From positions 14,592 through 46,591 of the forward strand of contig NZ_JXBB01000006.1 in assembly GCF_001653195.1 (NCBI RefSeq): a stretch of DNA of 32,000 bases, in the 5' to 3' direction. Under the pieces are notes generated by a model. That model was not told the DNA's origin and searched no databases. It saw only the letters and a list, made by a program, of their open reading frames with translations. This DNA comes from Hydrogenibacillus schlegelii (GTDB lineage: Bacteria > Bacillota > Bacilli > Thermicanales > DSM-22653). Shown in pieces: positions 27,072 to 32,000 of this stretch. Within the stretch, counting starts at the first letter, position 1, and every line of letters begins with the position of its first letter. The translations under genes were made by a program, and so were the position numbers.

Positions 27072-28118
27072 GTGGCGATGAGGACGCGACGGAGCCAGCG
27101 GTACCGGCTGCTTCGCCTGCTCATGCTGCTTCGGACGGGTCGCGCGCCGTCCGCCCGCCAGCTCGCCGATATGCTCGAGATCTCCCTTCGGACGGTCCGC
27201 CGGGACCTCGATGAACTGCGGGACGACTGGGGAGCCCCGATCGAGTTCGACCGCCGCCGGGGAGGTTACGTCCTCACGGACCCGAACTGGCAGCCGCCGA
27301 TCGGTCCCTTTACGGAGCTTCGCCTTTCGGCCGGGGAGGCGGTGGCGCTCCTTCTGGCCCACACGGCTTTTGAAGCGATGCGGGGAACCGGCCTCGAGGA
27401 CGCCTTTCGCTCTCTCGTCGCCAAGCTGCCGGCGTGGCTTCCGGAGTCGGTGAGCGTCAATCCGGAGGAGCTTCGCGCCATGTTTTCCTTTGCCTTTGAA
27501 CCTCTGCGGGGGGATGCGCGCGAGGTGGCCGAGCGGCTTCATGCGCTGCGCCAGGCGATCGACGGCCGGCGCCGCATCGTGCTCGAGTACGCCTCGGCCT
27601 CCCGCGGCGAGGTGACCCGTCGGGAGGTCGAGCCGTACCATCTCCGTTACTTCGACGGCGCCTGGTACGTCGTCGGCTTTTGTCGCCTAAGGCAGGATCT
27701 CCGGATCTTTGCCGTCGACCGGATTCGCGCCATCGAACCGACCGGGCGGACGTTCGCCCCGCCGGATCCGGAGCGGTTTTCCCCGGAAACGTACTTTGCG
27801 GCCACCTGGCGCCTCGAACGAGGCGAGAAGATGGTGCGGGTCGCCGTCCGCTTTACGCCGGAGCAGGCCCGCTACATGCGCGGTCGGAGGTGGCACCCGT
27901 CCCAGGAGGCCGTCGAAGAGCCCGACGGGTCGCTCGTTCTTCTCTTTCGCGTCCTCGGCCTCGAGGAGATCAAGCGATGGATCATGCAGTTCGGCGCCGC
28001 CGCCGAGGTGCTCGAACCGCCGGAACTTCGCGACAAAATCGTCGCCGAAGCCGAGAAAATAATTGCACGATCCAGAGTGTCACGTTCTGTCACCCTGGAT
28101 GGGGTAAAAAAGGGGTAA
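27072..28118 (+). CDS. WYL-domain transcriptional regulator (HTH_11 + WYL)
   Basis: N-terminal RYRLLRLLMLLRTGRAPSARQLADMLEISLRTVRRDLDELRDDWGAPIEFDRRRGGYVL; WYL region RREVEPYHLRYFDGAWYVVGFCRLRQDLRIFAVDRIRAIEPTGRTF. Confidence 0.9.
   Translation: MAMRTRRSQRYRLLRLLMLLRTGRAPSARQLADMLEISLRTVRRDLDELRDDWGAPIEFDRRRGGYVLTDPNWQPPIGPFTELRLSAGEAVALLLAHTAFEAMRGTGLEDAFRSLVAKLPAWLPESVSVNPEELRAMFSFAFEPLRGDAREVAERLHALRQAIDGRRRIVLEYASASRGEVTRREVEPYHLRYFDGAWYVVGFCRLRQDLRIFAVDRIRAIEPTGRTFAPPDPERFSPETYFAATWRLERGEKMVRVAVRFTPEQARYMRGRRWHPSQEAVEEPDGSLVLLFRVLGLEEIKRWIMQFGAAAEVLEPPELRDKIVAEAEKIIARSRVSRSVTLDGVKKG
28070..28100. promoter_or_regulatory. operator-like interrupted inverted repeat at the WYL gene 3' end, upstream of cas8
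   Basis: ATCCAGAGTG - 11 nt - CACCCTGGAT, 10-bp arms with one mismatch; contains the direct repeat TGTCACgttcTGTCAC. Confidence 0.5.
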
Positions 28119-28307
28119 GCTGGCCTCGGTGTTCCGGCCCTCGGGGGGAGGGTTCCGGATCGTCGGCCCGCGGACCGTCGATCGAGGCGGGCGAGGCGGT
28201 GGACATGTCGGACCGATCCTGGTCGCGCTTCGGCGTGGACCGGGCATCGAGCGGTTCGACGCCCGGAGGGTCCTGGGGGATTGGCCGCAAAAGGGGGAGA
28301 GCCTTCG

Positions 28308-29900
28308 ATGGCGAGGCGGCAGAAGGAGCCGTCCGTGCCGACGGCGACGTTTCATCTGTCAGCGCCGAGCGGGCATTTTTGGATCGATCTCGGGCTTGCG
28401 GTCCTCCATGCGGAGCTCGGCCCGGGGCCGCATCCCGTCGATGCGGTGCTGGCGTGGTTGACCGACCGGTACGTTCAGCCGACCGGCAATACGGGAGAGT
28501 ACTACGATCGTTCGACCGAAAGCCTTCGTTCGTATCCGAAGAAAAATTGGGTGTATCCGCTTAACTTTTTTATTAAAGTAACGCCGGATTCGGGGGAAAA
28601 GGTCAAGCGCCTGATCAACGGACAAGAGAAAGCCTACCCCACCCAGCCGCCGGTTTACCGGCTTGAGCTCAAATTCAGCGCCCGACCGGGGCGATGTACC
28701 GTCTGCGGGGCCGAGGCACCGACGACGCAGGCGGGGATGTGGGTCTTTCCGTTCGCCGTCGCTCCGAACAACTTCGGCAATTTTTATTCGATGACCAAGC
28801 AGGGGATCGACCTCTGTTCCCGCTGCGCCCTCGCCGGCGCCGCCGGATACCTCGGCTGGCTATGGCGGGCGGCGGGACGAGAATACATGCACTTTTTTAT
28901 CTTTCACGGCGAACTTTCGACGATGAAGGGGCTTTACGAAAACCACATCCGGCCTGCGCAGCTTAAGGCAACCAAAAGCGGCAACGCTTCGATGGCGTTT
29001 TATGGGCCGTATGTCCATGAGTCGACGCTCGGGCTTTTACTCGATCTGTTCGCGCGCCTCCGAGCAAGCGACGGATCGGCCGCGTCGGAAAACGGGGGAA
29101 ATCTAGGGGCGACTCAAGACGGGGGTCTGGCGATCTTGCGGCGCTTCTTTGACGTGGAAGCGACGGTGCCGGTGCCGCTTACGTTGTATGCCATCCATGG
29201 GACGTTCGGACAAGCGCTCGAAATCAAGTCGATCCGGACGTTTTCCCGGCTCGAAGCGCACTACGGCCGGTACGAGCGGTGGTTTGACCGTCTTTCGACG
29301 GTCGGTTTTTCGAGTCCGGGGAGGGTGATCGGCCAGATCTTCAGGCAGTTTGTCCGGGAGCGCCGTCAACCCGGTGGGGATCGGAGTCTGCGTCAGGAGA
29401 CGATCTGGCGGGATCGGGTGGCCCGGGCCGTCCTCACGGAAGAGGATCCTTTCCCGGCCATCGAGCAGTTTCTGTACGAGGAGCGGGCGCGGGATAAGGA
29501 TCGGCGGCCGCTTGTCGCCGGGACGCTCGTTCTTTTCGATCACTACGCCGAGGAGGTTTTACGGATGAACCCGTCATTTTTAAAGATGCTGTCCGGCTTT
29601 GGCTATTCGCTGGGGAAGAAGGCCTTTGAGGAAAAAGAGATGGGCGTTCTGTACATGATGCGAAATGCAAAAAACATCCAGGAGTTTTATCGCGTCCTTA
29701 ATGACATTCAGTTCCGCCTGAAGATGACGGTGCCCGAAGCGCTTCTCATGTTCGAAGCCGGCGATCGGATCGCCGGCGTGCCCTGGATTCGCCTCAAAAC
29801 GATGCTCGCCATCTACGCGATGAACGCCTATCTTCGGGCAGAAAATGGCGGCAAAGAAGAAGAGACAGAAGGAGAAGCGCTGGACCGCTCGGTTTCGTAA
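28308..29900 (+). CDS. cas8b: type I-B CRISPR-associated Cas8 (Cst1-like) large subunit
   Basis: Context directly 5' of cas7-cas5-cas3, plus a zinc-finger pair CTVCGAEAPTTQ...CSRCALAG typical of the Cst1/Cas8 group, and VYRLELKFSARPGRCTVCG. GGGGGAG ribosome-binding site before ATG 28308. Confidence 0.75.
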   Translation: MARRQKEPSVPTATFHLSAPSGHFWIDLGLAVLHAELGPGPHPVDAVLAWLTDRYVQPTGNTGEYYDRSTESLRSYPKKNWVYPLNFFIKVTPDSGEKVKRLINGQEKAYPTQPPVYRLELKFSARPGRCTVCGAEAPTTQAGMWVFPFAVAPNNFGNFYSMTKQGIDLCSRCALAGAAGYLGWLWRAAGREYMHFFIFHGELSTMKGLYENHIRPAQLKATKSGNASMAFYGPYVHESTLGLLLDLFARLRASDGSAASENGGNLGATQDGGLAILRRFFDVEATVPVPLTLYAIHGTFGQALEIKSIRTFSRLEAHYGRYERWFDRLSTVGFSSPGRVIGQIFRQFVRERRQPGGDRSLRQETIWRDRVARAVLTEEDPFPAIEQFLYEERARDKDRRPLVAGTLVLFDHYAEEVLRMNPSFLKMLSGFGYSLGKKAFEEKEMGVLYMMRNAKNIQEFYRVLNDIQFRLKMTVPEALLMFEAGDRIAGVPWIRLKTMLAIYAMNAYLRAENGGKEEETEGEALDRSVS

Positions 29901-29968
29901 AAGGATCCGAGATCGCCGATCCAGAATGCATTATAGAATCAATAATTCAAAGCAAGGAGGCGTCATTC

Positions 29969-30907
29969 ATGGTTAAAGCCATGGCCATCGGGTATCTGAG
30001 CAAAGTGTCCGCCGGCAATGTGAACGCGGCGCATACGGAAGGAAACGTCGTGGTCGCCAAAAAAGTGACGCTTCCGGATGGAAGCGCCTTGCCTTACATC
30101 TCGGGACAGGCGATCCGCCGCATGTTCCGCGATCGCCTGGCGGATTTGGGCTTTTCGCTGTCGGAGCCGTTCGCCAAGGTGGACGGGCAGGAAGTCACGC
30201 CGCCGGGACGGCCGTGGGAGTTCATCGACGAAGACCTTTTCGGTTATCTCGATGCCTCCGGGTCGAAGCGGCGCACTTCGCCGGTTCGCGTATCGGCGGC
30301 GATCGGTCTTTACCCCTATCAGGGCGATCGCGACCTCGGGACCCGCTCTTTTGAAAAGTTCAATCAGTCGATGGATGCGGGCGGCAATATGTTTGAGACC
30401 GAAGTGTACACCAACGTCTTTCGCGGTTCGGTCCTCATCGAGCTCGATCGCGTCGGCGTCTTTACCGCGCGAGAGCTCGGCGAAAAGTCAGAAGCAGGAT
30501 CGCGTACCCTCGATAGTGTAGAACGGGAAAAGCGGTTGCACGCGCTTTTGGATGCGCTCGGTCTTCTCTGGGGCGGCGGGCGATCGGCGCGGATGCTGGC
30601 GGATCTTTCGCCGAAGTTTGTCGCGCTCACGTTTCTCAGCGTCAAGCACCCGGTCTTTCTTGAGGCGCTTATGGCCCGATACGAAAACGGAGCGATCACC
30701 CTTGATCTTGATCCGCTGAAAGCGGCCCTCGACCGGTTTAAACCCTATCAGGTAAAAACGTTCTTCGGGATGGATGCTGGATTTTTGGCAAACGAAGAGG
30801 ATGTAAAGCGCGCTCTTGGGGCCTATGGGGAGGTTGGGGAGGTTCATGAAGCGATCCGCCGGGCCAAAGACGAGGTGACGGCGCTGTGGTGCGGGCCCTC
30901 CGCCTGA
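29969..30907 (+). CDS. cas7: type I-B Cas7 (Cst2/DevR family)
   Basis: MAIGYLSKVSAGNVNAAHTEGNVVVAKKVTLPDGSALPYISGQAIRRMFRDRL...RTSPVRVSAAIGLYPYQGDRDLGTRSFEKFNQS...FETEVYTNVFRGSVLIELDRVGVF: DevR/Csh2-type Cas7 pattern. AAGGAGG ribosome-binding site. Confidence 0.88.
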   Translation: MVKAMAIGYLSKVSAGNVNAAHTEGNVVVAKKVTLPDGSALPYISGQAIRRMFRDRLADLGFSLSEPFAKVDGQEVTPPGRPWEFIDEDLFGYLDASGSKRRTSPVRVSAAIGLYPYQGDRDLGTRSFEKFNQSMDAGGNMFETEVYTNVFRGSVLIELDRVGVFTARELGEKSEAGSRTLDSVEREKRLHALLDALGLLWGGGRSARMLADLSPKFVALTFLSVKHPVFLEALMARYENGAITLDLDPLKAALDRFKPYQVKTFFGMDAGFLANEEDVKRALGAYGEVGEVHEAIRRAKDEVTALWCGPSA

Positions 30908-31644
30908 CGCTCAGGGCGCCCTTCGCCTCGTTCCGAAGGCCGCTCGATATCAATTATCAACGGACGTTTCCTCTCCCTCCGCCGACGACGATTTTCGGCC
31001 TCATCGGGGCGGCCCTCGGGCTTTCAGAGCATGAGCTGTGGCGGCCGGACGGACCGGCTTCGAAGCTCAAGATCGCCGTCTGGAGCGAAACACAGCCGGG
31101 GCGCGGCGAAGATGTTTGGACGCTCCTTAAGATCAACAAGGGGAAAATGCAGCGTTCGCCCTATTTGCGGGAAATCCTCTTTGGCGTCCGGTATACGGTG
31201 CTCATCGGAGAAGCGGAAGCGGCTTTGCGAAAGGACGCTTCAGTCTCAGGTTCGGAGGAACCTTCGCACTCAGGGATTCTTCAGCAACTGGCCAAAGCGT
31301 TTGACGATCCGATCTACCCCCTTTCGCTCGGTCGGGAAGATGAGCTGGCGGAAGTGGAGGCGGTTGCTTTTGAGACGGTCGAAGCGGGGGAGCCCCGCTT
31401 TCACGGGACCGTGCTCCCCTTCGACGTGCGTAAATACCATCTGCGACCGATGCTCGCGGCGGGCGCCCGTCTGATGCCGCCGATCGTCGAGCCGGTTCCG
31501 CTTCGGTTTTCGGTCGATCCGCGCGGGGTCCGCAAGTCCGATCGCCTGAGGGTGATGAGCTTTCTCGCGTATGGGGTCATGGTTGAAATTCCGGAAGCCT
31601 CGGCGTGGCGCTGCTGCGGGAGGAATTTCGCATGGCTGAACTGA
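30886..31644 (+). CDS. cas5: type I-B Cas5
   Basis: VRALRLTLRAPFASFRRPLDINYQRTFPLPPPTTIFGLIGAALG: the Cas5 N-terminal RAMP motif. Overlaps the cas7 and cas3 coding ends. Confidence 0.88.
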   Translation: MVRALRLTLRAPFASFRRPLDINYQRTFPLPPPTTIFGLIGAALGLSEHELWRPDGPASKLKIAVWSETQPGRGEDVWTLLKINKGKMQRSPYLREILFGVRYTVLIGEAEAALRKDASVSGSEEPSHSGILQQLAKAFDDPIYPLSLGREDELAEVEAVAFETVEAGEPRFHGTVLPFDVRKYHLRPMLAAGARLMPPIVEPVPLRFSVDPRGVRKSDRLRVMSFLAYGVMVEIPEASAWRCCGRNFAWLN

Positions 31645-32000
31645 GCCGGGCCGACAGGCCGGACGATCGGGAGGCTCCCCCGCCCTCCTTTGATCAAGGG
31701 GATAAACCGGCCGCTTTTTCGGCCGATCCCTGCGGCGGCCTTTTCGCCAAGCCGGACGTTACGCTTTTGGACCATCTCACGGCGGTCCTCGAACTCGGGG
31801 AACGGCTGGTAGAGCGGCATTTTGATCAATCACCGCTGCTTGCGCTTCGGGCCCTGATGGCGTGTGCTTTGCACGATATCGGCAAGGCGACGGTTGATTT
31901 TCAAGCAAAGATGTGCCGCCTTCGACAGGGCATCGCCGCCGGACGCGGCCAGACTTTTCCTCATGCGCTTGCCGCCTTGCCTTTTGTGCTGGCGGCCGAA
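31632..32000 (+). CDS. cas3: Cas3 (HD nuclease domain), truncated by the window edge
   Basis: ATG 31632: ...KPDVTLLDHLTAVLELGERLVERHFDQSPLLALRALMACALHDIGKATVDFQAKMCRLRQ...FPHALAALPFVLAAE, with LLDHL and HDIGK HD-domain motifs in the expected type I-B position. Helicase part not visible. Confidence 0.85.
   Translation, partial: MAELSRADRPDDREAPPPSFDQGDKPAAFSADPCGGLFAKPDVTLLDHLTAVLELGERLVERHFDQSPLLALRALMACALHDIGKATVDFQAKMCRLRQGIAAGRGQTFPHALAALPFVLAAE

Noticed and set aside
28119-28307. Possible short gene or CRISPR repeats between the WYL gene and cas8
   Set aside because: No regularly spaced identical repeats and no credible ORF; the only notable structure is the single inverted repeat at 28070-28100.
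27072-32000. CRISPR array within the window
   Set aside because: No direct repeats of 28-37 bp with unique spacers were visible; the array must lie outside the window or elsewhere.

Overview
This is a 32 kb window of a GC-rich chromosome. Gene content, TTG/GTG starts with strong AGGAGG ribosome-binding sites, and a Bacillus-like type B RNase P RNA point to a thermophilic, high-GC Firmicute; that assignment is inference. The left and centre look like housekeeping DNA: a Med/BMP-family lipoprotein-like gene, a hybrid sensor kinase with a separate receiver gene, yqgQ, a PDO-like thioredoxin-fold protein, an M42 peptidase, ung, an inositol monophosphatase, an 8-tRNA cluster followed by rnpB, a glycolipid glycosyltransferase, plsY, an HPt protein, an HtrA-like protease, a REC+Fis-HTH regulator, a HAD hydrolase, an orphan weakly ThyX-like protein, a heterodimeric ABC exporter, a 2-hydroxyacid dehydrogenase, aconitase and a polar amino-acid ABC transporter. 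The right end (about 27.0-32 kb) is accessory: a WYL-domain regulator followed by cas8 (Cst1-like), cas7 (Cst2/DevR-like), cas5 and the start of cas3. This is a type I-B CRISPR-Cas effector operon cut off by the window edge, with no cas6 upstream and no CRISPR array in the window. No fully new system can be demonstrated from this sequence. The best follow-up targets are an operator-like inverted repeat between the WYL gene and the cas genes, the divergent ThyX-like protein, a PDO-like protein that has lost one CxxC site, a 12-bp-arm stem-loop in the 5' leader of the amino-acid transporter, and a 17-nt duplicated promoter core flanking the tRNA/rnpB block.
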